This document shows, piece by piece, positions 36,412-46,204 of a DNA stretch of 64,000 nucleotides. Positions within the stretch are counted from its first letter, which is position 1; every line of letters starts with the position of its first letter. Under the pieces are notes generated by a model. That model saw nothing but the letters and a program-made list of their open reading frames with translations. It was not told the DNA's origin and made no database searches. Both the position numbers and the translations under genes were made by a program. This DNA is from an uncultured bacterium (GTDB lineage: Bacteria; Omnitrophota; Gorgyraeia; Zapsychrales; Aceulaceae). The stretch lies in NCBI GenBank assembly GCA_937930175.1, contig CALGLP010000006.1, forward strand, positions 1,749 through 65,748, written 5' to 3'.

Positions 36412-36555
36412 CGTATGATGCTTTTGACCGGAACGTTGCTTGAAGAAGGACTCTGACAAGGGTTTTCCTGCACATGTATTTCCTTTAAAAATCAGTAGAA
36501 TTGGCGTCGTTTTCTTAATATAATAAAAAAAATTAAGAAATAGCAAGGAGAATAG

Positions 36556-36987
36556 ATGGTGTGCTCTCTAGGGTCCTTTTTTGCGCGATTTGGGAAAAAA
36601 GCATTGCTGGCTGGTCGTCGTATTCTTGTTGTTGAAGATGAACCCTCGCAACGATTGACTCTGCAAAAGATTTTAGAAAAACAAGGCGCGCAAGTTTTGG
36701 TGGCGGAGAATGGTCAGGAAGGACTGCGTCAAGCTGCTGAAGCCTTTCCTGATTTGATCCTTTTGGATGAGCGCATGCCTATCATGACGGGTCGCCAGCT
36801 GTGTCAAGAATTGAAGGCGCATGACGCCACACGAAGTATTCCTATTATTTTCCTCACGTCTGCAGATTCCCCGGATGAGATCGTCGAGCATTTTGAGCTT
36901 GGCGCTGAAATCCACCTTTCCAAACCCATTAATGCTAATGAACTGATCGCGCAGATTCAGATTAGTTTGAGCAACCTTAAGGAATAA
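36556..36987 (+). CDS. Single-domain response regulator (receiver only)
   Basis: ILVVEDE, LLDERMP, FLTS, SKP motifs. Precise start uncertain. Confidence 0.8.
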   Translation: MVCSLGSFFARFGKKALLAGRRILVVEDEPSQRLTLQKILEKQGAQVLVAENGQEGLRQAAEAFPDLILLDERMPIMTGRQLCQELKAHDATRSIPIIFLTSADSPDEIVEHFELGAEIHLSKPINANELIAQIQISLSNLKE

Positions 36988-36991
36988 TATC

Positions 36992-38263
36992 ATGCTTGAT
37001 CTAAAACTTATTCGTGAACATAATAAAGCAGTTCGTAGTGCCTTGGTCGCGCGTGGCGGTTACACCGTTGATATCGATAGTCTGATGGACATGGATCAAA
37101 AACGACGCAAGCTTTTAACAAAATTAGATGAGTTACGCGAAAAGAAAAATATTGCTAACGATGAGATCAGTCAATGCCTAAAGGAAAAAAAAGATCCTAA
37201 GCCTAAGATCGATGCGATGAAAGACATTTCTGCACAGATTGGTATCCTTGAGCCTGAGATCAAAACCCTTGATGCAGAGATCGAGTCCATCTTGATGCGG
37301 ATTCCCAATCTTCCGCATATTTCTGTTCCCGTGGGTAGCCCTGAGAAGAACAAGGAAGTCCGTCGAGTTGGAGAAGCTCCAACTTTTGATTTTAAGCCTA
37401 AGACGCATTTTGAAATAGCGGAAAGCTTAGATATGATTGATTTTAAACGCGCTTCCAAAATCACAGGATCGAATTTTATTGTTTATAAAGGGGCAGGCGC
37501 CAGGCTTGAGCGTGCGCTTCTTAATTTTATGCTTGATCTTCATACCCAGCACCACGGATACCTTGAAATCTTTCCTCCTTTTTTAGTTAATCGCGCTTCG
37601 ATGACGGGAACGGGTCAACTGCCCAAGATGGAAGAGGATATGTATCGGGTTCAGGATGAGGATTTATTTTTGATCCCTACGGCTGAGGTTCCTGTCACGA
37701 ATCTTCATCGTGATGAAATCCTTAAGGAGGAAGATCTGCCGATCTGTTATGCGGCGTATACGGCCTGTTTTAGGCGGGAAGCGGGATCCTATGGTAAGGA
37801 CACGCGAGGCCTTTTGCGCGTGCATCAATTTGACAAAGTGGAACTTGTCAAGTTTGTGAAGCCAGAAGAATCTTATGAGGAGCTTGAAAAGCTCGTTGGC
37901 CATGCGGAAAAAGTTTTGCAGCTTTTAGGACTTCCGTATCGGGTTTTAATGCTTGCGACTGGGGATTTGAGTTTTGCCGCGGCGAAATGTTACGACCTCG
38001 AGGCGTATGCTGTAGGGCTTGATAAGTGGCTTGAGGTTTCGAGTTGCTCGAATTTTGAAGATTTTCAGGCTCGACGGGCAAATATCAAATTTAAAGGCAA
38101 GGATGGTGCGAAGCCTGCGTGTGTTCATACGCTTAACGGTTCTGGAGTTGCTTTAGCACGCACGATGGCCGCGATCTTGGAAAACTATCAAACCAAAGAC
38201 GGTACGATCGTTATTCCGCAAGTTTTAAGGCCGTATCTGGCAGGGGAGGATCACCTTGGTTGA
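36992..38263 (+). CDS. serS: Seryl-tRNA synthetase
   Basis: N-terminal coiled-coil arm. Class II motifs (FRREAGS, GSGVALAR region). 423 aa. Confidence 0.92.
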   Translation: MLDLKLIREHNKAVRSALVARGGYTVDIDSLMDMDQKRRKLLTKLDELREKKNIANDEISQCLKEKKDPKPKIDAMKDISAQIGILEPEIKTLDAEIESILMRIPNLPHISVPVGSPEKNKEVRRVGEAPTFDFKPKTHFEIAESLDMIDFKRASKITGSNFIVYKGAGARLERALLNFMLDLHTQHHGYLEIFPPFLVNRASMTGTGQLPKMEEDMYRVQDEDLFLIPTAEVPVTNLHRDEILKEEDLPICYAAYTACFRREAGSYGKDTRGLLRVHQFDKVELVKFVKPEESYEELEKLVGHAEKVLQLLGLPYRVLMLATGDLSFAAAKCYDLEAYAVGLDKWLEVSSCSNFEDFQARRANIKFKGKDGAKPACVHTLNGSGVALARTMAAILENYQTKDGTIVIPQVLRPYLAGEDHLG

Positions 38264-38861
38264 AAGAATATTAAGCGCCTTAAAATTTTTTCTTTTTTTA
38301 CTTTTATTGCCGTTGATCTTTGCCACGACCACAGGGTTCTTAAACGAGCTTTTTCTTCTTGATCCTATTCAGAGCAATTGTTTTTTATGGGGGATCATTG
38401 CCTATCTTATTTTTCATCTTTTTATCGCAGAACCTCAGGGGTTGTATCAGTATGGCAAGGGTATTGTGGCAAATATTTTTAAATTTTTTGCACCCTTGGT
38501 TGTTGTCGCTCCGCTTGTCCTTCCGATTTTCTCGATTTTGCTGTTGATTTTGCTTTATTTTGCGCCGTATGTCTTTAAAGGGATTGATCTTTCTGTTTAT
38601 TTTCTTTTTTTCGCAAGTTTTGCTTTTGCCATGCATATGGTTTTTACAGCCCGCGATTTACGCCAACAAGATACCGAGACTTTAAAGTCTCGGTATTTTT
38701 TCTCGATGGCTTTAGTCTTTTTGGCAAGCTTGTTCATGATGGCCTTGATGCTTTATTTGAGTCTTTCCAGGTTTTCTTTTGTTAATGTTGTTCAAGCAAC
38801 ATTTTCAATTTCCGAAAAAATTTATAGAGTTATTTTTCATCAGCTTTTTGTCCCTCGATAG
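38256..38861 (+). CDS. Polytopic membrane protein of unknown function
   Basis: 201 aa, about 5-6 predicted TM helices. Overlaps the serS stop. Confidence 0.4.
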   Translation: MVERILSALKFFLFLLLLPLIFATTTGFLNELFLLDPIQSNCFLWGIIAYLIFHLFIAEPQGLYQYGKGIVANIFKFFAPLVVVAPLVLPIFSILLLILLYFAPYVFKGIDLSVYFLFFASFAFAMHMVFTARDLRQQDTETLKSRYFFSMALVFLASLFMMALMLYLSLSRFSFVNVVQATFSISEKIYRVIFHQLFVPR

Positions 38862-38878
38862 CGCTTCTGAAGGTATCT

Positions 38879-41800
38879 ATGAAAATTAAATCTTCGCTAT
38901 TTCTTCTCTTCCTTGCAGGTTTGTTTTTTTTGTCTGGAGCCTGCGGCCTTGTTTATGAAATAATTTGGGTGCGCAAGCTGGGACTCATTTTCGGCAATAC
39001 GACTTTGGCGATTAGTACTGTCTTGGCCGTCTTTATGGCTGGCCTAGGGCTTGGGAGTCTTTTTTTTGGCAAGCAAATCGACAAGCATGGACATCCGTTT
39101 GCGTGGTATGGGTTTTTAGAAATAGGGATCGGTTTCTTTTGTTTTTGTACGCCGTGGTTTTGGGTTTTCATTGAAAAGTTTTATGTCTGGGTTTACCAAT
39201 GGCTTCCGCTTTCGTTCTGGCCTTTTAGTGTTTTTCGTTTTCTTCTTTGCTTTGCATTTCTTTTTGTCCCGACTTTTTTGATGGGCGGGACCTTGCCAGT
39301 TTTAACAAAATTTCTTATCCGTGATCATCGTCTAACCTCAAGGGTTGTTGGCGTTTTGTACGGGATTAATACCTTAGGTGCTGTCGTCGGCGTTCTTGGG
39401 ACCAGCTTTTACGCGATTTATGTTTTTGGTCTTCAAGGCACTGTGTTGATGACAGCAGGCATTAACATCTTGATTGGTTTGATCGTTCTTTTTGTTTTGA
39501 GGCTTAAACGCTTTATTTTTACGGGTGGCAATCCTGCACAAGACGTTGTTGGGCTGCAAGGGGAAGATGATGCTATCGAGAGCCCTGTCGAAAGCCATGT
39601 GAGCGAGACCAATCTCGCGACAATCTTATTGTTTGCGTTTGCGTTATCGGGCTTTACATCCATGGCCTATGAATTGTGTTGGACCAAGGTTTTGGCGCTT
39701 TGTCTGGGTAGCTCCGTGTATTCGTTTGCGATCATGCTGGCATCGTTTTTGACGGGATTAGCCTTGGGTAGCTTGTTGATCGGTTGGCTAGCCAAGAAAA
39801 TACGTGTTTCTTTTTATCTTTTTGGACTCCTCGAGCTTGGTATTGGTCTTTTTGCGCTGTGGGGCATCAATATTTTTGATCAGATGCCTTTGTATTTTCT
39901 GCAGCTCTTTGCATTCTTTGGCCAGCAGAGTGTTCATCTGCATATTGCAAAGTTTGTTTTAGCCAGCCTTGTTATTTTACCGCCTGCGATGTGTATTGGA
40001 GGCACCTTTGCCGTGGTGGCGCACATCCTCAATCGTCTACCAGAAAAGACAGGCCAAACCATTGGCCGCGTCTATTTTATTAATACGCTTGGTTGCATCG
40101 CAGGGTCAGTCTTGACAGGCTTTGTTTTGATTCCATGGGTGGGGATTTACAAGACTCTCCTTATGATGATTGTGGTGAATATCTTGTTGGGATTGATGAT
40201 CCTTTGTGTTGCACAAAAGCGATTCTCATCCTCTGAGAAATGGACCTTAGGTTTTCTTGTTATTCTTTTGAGTGTTCTTTTTCTGCAGACGCACCCCTGG
40301 TCGAAAGGCCTTTTGACGTCCAATATCGCTATTGATCCGAGAACTTATCTTGGTCACAGTAAGTTTGAGATTTTAAATAGCACGCAGCAATCGGAATTGC
40401 TTTATTACAAAGAAGGCTTGAGCGCAACCGTTGCTGTCAAGCGCCATCAGGATGTTCTTTCATTGTCTATTAATGCTAACGTGGATGCTTCGACGGGAAC
40501 AGATATGTATACACAGCTGATGCTTGGGCACTTGCCGAGCTTGCTTGTTGATCATCCTAAACGCGCCTTAGTCATTGGGATGGGAAGCGGGGTAACTTTG
40601 GGAGCTTTGGCGACCTATGATTATCACGAAATTCATTGTGTTGAGCTTGAGGGAGCTGTTCTCAAGGCAGCACAATATTTTTTGAAACAAAATCGTCATG
40701 TTTTAGCGGATCCGCGGCTTACGAATTTTGTTAATGATGGCCGTCATCATCTTTTAACAGAGAATTTTTCTTATGACGTGATTGTTTCTGAACCATCGAG
40801 TCCTTGGATGGCGGGTGTTGCCAATTTGTTTACGCGAGAGCAGTTTGAGCTCATGAAGAAGCGCTTGTCTAGGCAAGGCGTTGTTTGCCAGTGGCTCAAC
40901 ACCTATAGCATGTCGTCAGACAATATTCAGATGATTGTCAAAACATTTCGTGAGGTTTTTCCTTACGCGAGTCTTTGGCAAACCATTGGCGCGGATCTTC
41001 TGTTGGTGGGGTCGACGTACCCTATCGCCTATGATATTGACGCGATTAATAAGAAGTTCGCGCATAATGCCTTGCTGAAAGAAGACTTAAAAGATTTTAC
41101 TATTGATGATGCGGTTGGGATCTTGTCTTGTTTCTTGCTTACGAATGATGAGTTGCTTGCGATGTCCCTTAATGCGCCGATCAATAGCGATAACGTTCCT
41201 TTGTTAGAATATTCTGCCCCTCTTAATCTCTATGGGTTTGAGCAAGTTGTTTCCGACAACATGCAAATGATTACGATACAACGAAAGCAGCGATATCCTG
41301 CGATGGTGAGGCCTCCTCAAAATAGCAAGGAAGTCATCGCTTTTCATAATACGCTTGCGCGTGCTTTTCTTCAAAAAGGAAATTATCAGGAAGCTGGGAT
41401 TGAGATCGGTCTTTCCAATCAGGAGGAGGCCTTTAATCCTGAGGCGATTTTAAATTATGGCATTCTTCAGACATTTCTTGGGAATGCGGATGAGGCGATT
41501 ACGAATCTAGAGAATTATCTCAATATTGGCAAAGAAAATGCTGAGGCTTATTTTTATCTTGGGAAAGCGTACGAATTTAAACAGCTTTTTGATCAAGCCT
41601 TAAAGTACTATCAGCTAGCCGTTATGGCAGAGCCTAGTCATGCGGAATATCTTTTTGTTTATGGCGAGTCTCTGATGGGTCAAGGAGAGAAGGTTGAGGG
41701 AATTCGTTTTTTACAAAAGGCTATTGATTTTGAAGGTCTGGATTTTAGAAGCGGTCTTATTTTAAGTCAGGCCTTCTTTTTTAATCAGCAGCTTGACCCA

Positions 41801-42067
41801 GCGGTGCGAACCCTCGAGCTTCTTTTAAACGATTATCCACATTTTTATAAAATTTATGAAACTATGGCAAGTTTTTATGAAGCGGTTGGGCAGAATTCTC
41901 AGGCCCTTGCTGTTTATCATGAGGCGAATAAGAAATTGCCGTTTGATGCAAGAATTTATTATGCGATGGCCACTCTTTACCAGAAATTGGGAAAAATAAA
42001 AGAATCACGGATGATGATGCGAAAATATTTTTATTATAACAATGCGCCGCGCATTGGCGTGCGGTAA
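38879..42067 (+). CDS. Spermidine-synthase-family protein fused to an N-terminal polytopic membrane domain and C-terminal TPR repeats
   Basis: About 12 TM helices, then an aminopropyltransferase-like core (VIGMGSGVTLGAL...VIVSEPSSPW). C-terminal TPR-like repeats. 1062 aa. Confidence 0.7.
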   Translation: MKIKSSLFLLFLAGLFFLSGACGLVYEIIWVRKLGLIFGNTTLAISTVLAVFMAGLGLGSLFFGKQIDKHGHPFAWYGFLEIGIGFFCFCTPWFWVFIEKFYVWVYQWLPLSFWPFSVFRFLLCFAFLFVPTFLMGGTLPVLTKFLIRDHRLTSRVVGVLYGINTLGAVVGVLGTSFYAIYVFGLQGTVLMTAGINILIGLIVLFVLRLKRFIFTGGNPAQDVVGLQGEDDAIESPVESHVSETNLATILLFAFALSGFTSMAYELCWTKVLALCLGSSVYSFAIMLASFLTGLALGSLLIGWLAKKIRVSFYLFGLLELGIGLFALWGINIFDQMPLYFLQLFAFFGQQSVHLHIAKFVLASLVILPPAMCIGGTFAVVAHILNRLPEKTGQTIGRVYFINTLGCIAGSVLTGFVLIPWVGIYKTLLMMIVVNILLGLMILCVAQKRFSSSEKWTLGFLVILLSVLFLQTHPWSKGLLTSNIAIDPRTYLGHSKFEILNSTQQSELLYYKEGLSATVAVKRHQDVLSLSINANVDASTGTDMYTQLMLGHLPSLLVDHPKRALVIGMGSGVTLGALATYDYHEIHCVELEGAVLKAAQYFLKQNRHVLADPRLTNFVNDGRHHLLTENFSYDVIVSEPSSPWMAGVANLFTREQFELMKKRLSRQGVVCQWLNTYSMSSDNIQMIVKTFREVFPYASLWQTIGADLLLVGSTYPIAYDIDAINKKFAHNALLKEDLKDFTIDDAVGILSCFLLTNDELLAMSLNAPINSDNVPLLEYSAPLNLYGFEQVVSDNMQMITIQRKQRYPAMVRPPQNSKEVIAFHNTLARAFLQKGNYQEAGIEIGLSNQEEAFNPEAILNYGILQTFLGNADEAITNLENYLNIGKENAEAYFYLGKAYEFKQLFDQALKYYQLAVMAEPSHAEYLFVYGESLMGQGEKVEGIRFLQKAIDFEGLDFRSGLILSQAFFFNQQLDPAVRTLELLLNDYPHFYKIYETMASFYEAVGQNSQALAVYHEANKKLPFDARIYYAMATLYQKLGKIKESRMMMRKYFYYNNAPRIGVR

Positions 42068-42166
42068 AAATTGATCGATAGTGTGAGGATATAAGTTTTT
42101 GAATATAAAAATTGACGCGGATAATTCAAAATAGTATTATTGAGCATCATTAAGCGGTTTTTGTTT

Positions 42167-42255
42167 GGAGAGGTGGCTGAGTGGTTGAAAGCGGCGGTCT
42201 TGAAAACCGTTATTCCGAGCGATCGGGATCTAGAGTTCAAATCTCTACCTCTCCG
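42167..42255 (+). tRNA. tRNA-Ser (anticodon TGA), long variable arm, no encoded CCA
   Basis: GGAGAGG acceptor stem pairs with CCTCTCC. Anticodon loop CTTGAAA. Long extra arm. T-loop GTTCAAATC. Confidence 0.85.
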
Positions 42256-42270
42256 TTTTTTATTTATTTT

Positions 42271-42298
42271 TGTTAGAAAATCTCGGACTAAAACCCGA
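42271..42298 (+). terminator. Perfect 10-bp hairpin AAAATCTCGG-actaaaac-CCGAGATTTT downstream of tRNA-Ser
   Basis: Read directly. T-rich tract precedes the stem instead of following it, so terminator function is uncertain. Confidence 0.3.
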
Positions 42299-42514
42299 GA
42301 TTTTCTGGTGAGGATAACCCCATGAAGCCAAGCGCTAAACAATTGGGTGAGGCCGGTTCATAAAACAGCAATAAAGGCTTTAGTCGTTGGGTTGCGTTTC
42401 TCCTGTCAGTTATTTTCCATCCTTTGGGTAAGAAAAGCGTGCTAATCATTGACATTCTTGCTTAAGTTCTTTAATCTATATTTATCGATATATTGATTTA
42501 AAGGGAGGGATCAA

Positions 42515-43105
42515 ATGTTTTTTTCAAAACCAAAACCGGAAGAAGTATCAGGGCAGCTTGAAATCGATTTGATCATGTCGATGGTTAAGGCGGTGAACAA
42601 GGTTGTTCTGCAGAAATTTGAAATTAGTTTCAAAGAAAAGCCCAAGATCGACAAGAAGATGGTCGTGCAATGGCAAGGCAAGATGAAGATCGTGAAGCCT
42701 TCCGATTGTGTTTTTATTTCTGTGACCGTGATTGAGCGTCCTCAAGCCAAAGACAATGGTATTGTTGTCCTTTATATTCCTGAGTCGATTGCAGAAACCA
42801 TTGCAGTTGTTTTTGGCGCTAAGCGTAGCGATGGCGTTGAAGGCCTTTTGAAGGCATGTGGTAGTTTTTTGACGGAAGTGGCGGATTGTTTTAAGGCTTA
42901 TATGACGAAGCTTGGGTATGAAGATCTTAAGTTTTCTGCGCCGATGAATTTTACGTTGAAGGTTGACCAGCTTTTTGATTTTTATCAGGCAACCAGGTTT
43001 CAGATTACGTTTTCTCATGAGGGTGAAAAATTTCTTGAATTTGATGTTGGTACGGGGCCTCTGAAAAAAATTGCGATGCCTCAGCCTGGTGGCAGTCCAT
43101 CATAG
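42515..43105 (+). CDS. Hypothetical protein (possibly CheX/CheC-like signalling accessory)
   Basis: 196 aa, no TM. Function guessed only from position upstream of a receiver and hybrid kinase. Motifs not conclusive. Confidence 0.3.
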   Translation: MFFSKPKPEEVSGQLEIDLIMSMVKAVNKVVLQKFEISFKEKPKIDKKMVVQWQGKMKIVKPSDCVFISVTVIERPQAKDNGIVVLYIPESIAETIAVVFGAKRSDGVEGLLKACGSFLTEVADCFKAYMTKLGYEDLKFSAPMNFTLKVDQLFDFYQATRFQITFSHEGEKFLEFDVGTGPLKKIAMPQPGGSPS

Positions 43106-43145
43106 AAATTTAGAATAAATGTGAATCCATGATCAAGGAGGATGT

Positions 43146-43541
43146 ATGTGGAAGATATTAGTCGTTGATGACAATCCTAACAATTGTATGCTTTTGGTTT
43201 CAACCCTTGAGGATCTTGCGATCTGTGATGTCGCTGAAAATGGCGAGGACGCGCTTGCGGCTTATGATAAGTCCCTTGAAGACAAGAAGCCTTATGACGC
43301 CATTCTTTTGGATATTGCTATGCCTGGTATTGATGGCGTTGAAGTCTTGAGACGCATCCGCGCCAAAGAACAGAGCGCTAATGTTTTAGCGCCGAAGGCT
43401 ATTCCTATCTTTATGGTGACGGCCCATAAAGCTCCTTTTATGGATTCGTTTAATGTTGGATGCGATGACTATATTCTAAAGCCGATTGAGCCGGATAAAG
43501 TGATTTTGAAGATTAAGGATAGGCTCGAGGGGTCAACATAA
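43146..43541 (+). CDS. Single-domain response regulator (receiver only)
   Basis: ILVVDDN, LLDIAMPG, MVTAH, ILKPI motifs. Confidence 0.85.
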   Translation: MWKILVVDDNPNNCMLLVSTLEDLAICDVAENGEDALAAYDKSLEDKKPYDAILLDIAMPGIDGVEVLRRIRAKEQSANVLAPKAIPIFMVTAHKAPFMDSFNVGCDDYILKPIEPDKVILKIKDRLEGST

Positions 43542-43576
43542 GGTATTCGCTGAGAAATTTCTTTATAAGTGCGCAG

Positions 43577-46204
43577 ATGATGTCATCATTTTTTCATCGC
43601 ATACAATTTATATCTTGTCTTTGCTTAGAAGGTTTTGGGCTTGCGTTCGCTGCAAGCCTTTTTTATTTCTTTCTTGTTATTGTGAGTGCGTTATTCTTTC
43701 CTCACGACAGATCTTTCTTTTTTGCGGCAGTAACTTCGTCACTATCATTAGGGCTTTATTTTTTCTGGCGCATGAAAAGAAAAAGGAATTCATTTTCGCA
43801 TTTCTCACGTGAGCAAGAAAAAGTCCTCCATGCCATTCTTCCCGCCGGAATTTTTACTATTGATCATAATCGCTGTATTACGAGCTGGAATGCCGCGGCA
43901 GAGGAGATTACCGGTTATTCTGCGCATGAGGTTATGGGACGTCCATGCACGATTCTTGCTATGAAATCCTGTGATCTTGATGAGGAAAAGCAAAAATTCA
44001 AGAACAGCTATGTATGCACGATTCGTAGAAAAGATGGTCAGCAGAGGTATGTCTTAAAACGTGCGGATTATGTGCGTGACCATACGGGGAAGATTATCGG
44101 AGGGATTGAGAGTTTTGAAGATATTACCGAGCGCCGTGAATCCGAAAGGTTATTAAAGGAATCGGAAGAGCGTTTTCGGACCATTTTCGAGAATTCAGCT
44201 GCGGGCATCACCGTTACGGATAAGGATGAGCGTCTTGTTTCGTGGAATAAACATGCCGAACAGATTTTGGGAATGGAGCATGCCGATTTGTATCTTAAGC
44301 CTGTGAGTTCCCTGTATCCACAGCAAGAATGGGAAAAGATACGCGCGATGAATATTCGTGAGGAAGGATTTCGTCTTAATTTTGAAACCATGTTGATCCG
44401 CAAGGATCAAGCTATGATTGATGTCGATATGTCGATTAGCATTCTCAAAGATGCCCAGGGGAACGTCTCGGGCTCCATTGCAGTTATCCGTGATATTACA
44501 GGACGCAAGCTTCATGAGCAGATCTTGAAAGAATCAGAAACTAAATTTCGGTCTATTTTTGAGAATTCCGCGATTGGGATTATTGTGAGCGACAAGAACA
44601 ACCGTCTTGTTTCATGGAATCGCTTTATCGAGCAGTTTCTTGGCAAGGGTTATGATGATCTGTATTTTCAGCATGTAAGTTCTTTGTATCCTCTTGAGGA
44701 ATGGAAGCGGATTTGTGAATTTGGTTTGCGTGCGCAAGGGGCGGATCATCATTATGAAAGTAAAATGGTCCATAATGATGGAACTGTGCTTGATGTGGAC
44801 GTTTCCATTTCTGTTATTTGTGATGATGCTAAAGACATTGTTCGAACGATAAGCTTTGTTCGTGATATTACGGATCGCAAGAAAGCTGAAAATGATTTGC
44901 TGATCGTTAACCGGGATCTTATTGCCAATGAGCGCGCCTTACGTACATTGCTTGAAGATTTAAACAAGACTCATGAGGAGCTTAAAGGCGCCCAGGCGCA
45001 AATTTTGCAACGGCAGGAGGAGCTGATCGAACGCAATAAGCAAGAACAAATTTTACGCGAAGAGGCCGAAGCCGCGACTCGCGCTAAGGGGGATTTTCTA
45101 TCTAATATGAGTCATGAAATTCGAACACCGCTAAATTCAATCATTGGATTTTCTCAGCTCTTGCGGAAGATTGCTTTGGATGAAAAGGGAAAGAAATTTT
45201 TGATGATCATTGAGTCAAGCAGTCAGCATCTTTTGAATATTGTGAATAATATTCTTGATTATGAAAAAGCCATTGCAGGCCGCATTGTTCTTGATGAAAG
45301 CAAGATTGATTTTAACGCGCTTGTGGCTCAGGCGTTTCGTGTGGTTTCTGGCAATGTGGCCAATCGTGCTCTTGAACTTAGTTTTAAGATCGATGAGCGT
45401 ATTCCACCGGTTTTGTATGGTGATGATATGAAGATTAAGCAGGTTTTTATCAATCTTGTGGCGAACGCGGTTAAATTTACTAAGAAAGGCTCTGTCAAGC
45501 TTTTGGCGACTCTTGATGGTGTTCGTCAAGAACCCACGGGAAAGATTTTTGACCTGTTGATCACTGTCGAAGATACGGGGATCGGTATTCCTCAAGAAGC
45601 TCAGAAAAAGATTTTTGAACAATTCACCCAAGCCGATAGCTCAACGACACGACATTTTGGTGGGACAGGTCTTGGGCTCGCGATTTGCAAGGCCTATGTT
45701 GAGCTGATGGGTGGGAAGATTTGGGTTGAGTCGCAAGCAGGTAAGGGGAGTAAGTTTATTCTTAAAATACCGTTTTATGAAAATCTTGAACATACGCAAA
45801 AGGTTGAGTACCAGGAGCGTTTTCTTGCCTTTGAGCATGTCAACGTTTTAGTGGCGGATGAGGACCCGGCTCGCCGAGAACAGCTCGTTGGTTTTCTGGA
45901 AGCGTTAAAGTGTCAATGGACGTGCGTGCAAGATGGTCAAGCCTTGCTTGAGGAGGTTAAGAAGAAGAAATATGATCTCTGTTTTGTTAATGTCATGCTT
46001 CCTAAGTTAACCGGTGTGGCCGCGATTCAAAAGATCCGCCTAGAATCAGGAAAAAAGATCCCGATTATTGCTTTGACCGCTGCGAGCTTTTTTGAGGATA
46101 AGCAAAATTGTCTTGAGGCGGGGATGGATGATTTTGTTTCGATTCCGTTATCTGCAGAGCAGATCAAGGAAAAGCTTTACACCTACGCTCCAAAATCACC
46201 CTAG
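43577..46204 (+). CDS. Hybrid sensor histidine kinase: 2 TM, multiple PAS domains, HisKA, HATPase, degenerate C-terminal receiver
   Basis: Three to four PAS-like repeats (FRTIFENSAAGI.., FRSIFENSAIGI..). H-box SNMSHEIRTPLNS. HATPase boxes. The C-terminal receiver has Asn at the phosphoacceptor position (CFVNVMLP) and lacks the conserved Lys. Confidence 0.85.
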   Translation: MMSSFFHRIQFISCLCLEGFGLAFAASLFYFFLVIVSALFFPHDRSFFFAAVTSSLSLGLYFFWRMKRKRNSFSHFSREQEKVLHAILPAGIFTIDHNRCITSWNAAAEEITGYSAHEVMGRPCTILAMKSCDLDEEKQKFKNSYVCTIRRKDGQQRYVLKRADYVRDHTGKIIGGIESFEDITERRESERLLKESEERFRTIFENSAAGITVTDKDERLVSWNKHAEQILGMEHADLYLKPVSSLYPQQEWEKIRAMNIREEGFRLNFETMLIRKDQAMIDVDMSISILKDAQGNVSGSIAVIRDITGRKLHEQILKESETKFRSIFENSAIGIIVSDKNNRLVSWNRFIEQFLGKGYDDLYFQHVSSLYPLEEWKRICEFGLRAQGADHHYESKMVHNDGTVLDVDVSISVICDDAKDIVRTISFVRDITDRKKAENDLLIVNRDLIANERALRTLLEDLNKTHEELKGAQAQILQRQEELIERNKQEQILREEAEAATRAKGDFLSNMSHEIRTPLNSIIGFSQLLRKIALDEKGKKFLMIIESSSQHLLNIVNNILDYEKAIAGRIVLDESKIDFNALVAQAFRVVSGNVANRALELSFKIDERIPPVLYGDDMKIKQVFINLVANAVKFTKKGSVKLLATLDGVRQEPTGKIFDLLITVEDTGIGIPQEAQKKIFEQFTQADSSTTRHFGGTGLGLAICKAYVELMGGKIWVESQAGKGSKFILKIPFYENLEHTQKVEYQERFLAFEHVNVLVADEDPARREQLVGFLEALKCQWTCVQDGQALLEEVKKKKYDLCFVNVMLPKLTGVAAIQKIRLESGKKIPIIALTAASFFEDKQNCLEAGMDDFVSIPLSAEQIKEKLYTYAPKSP

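Noticed and set aside
42140-42325. 61-aa ORF in the six-frame track
   Set aside because: It exactly overlies the tRNA-Ser gene and its downstream hairpin, so it is a spurious translation of an RNA gene.
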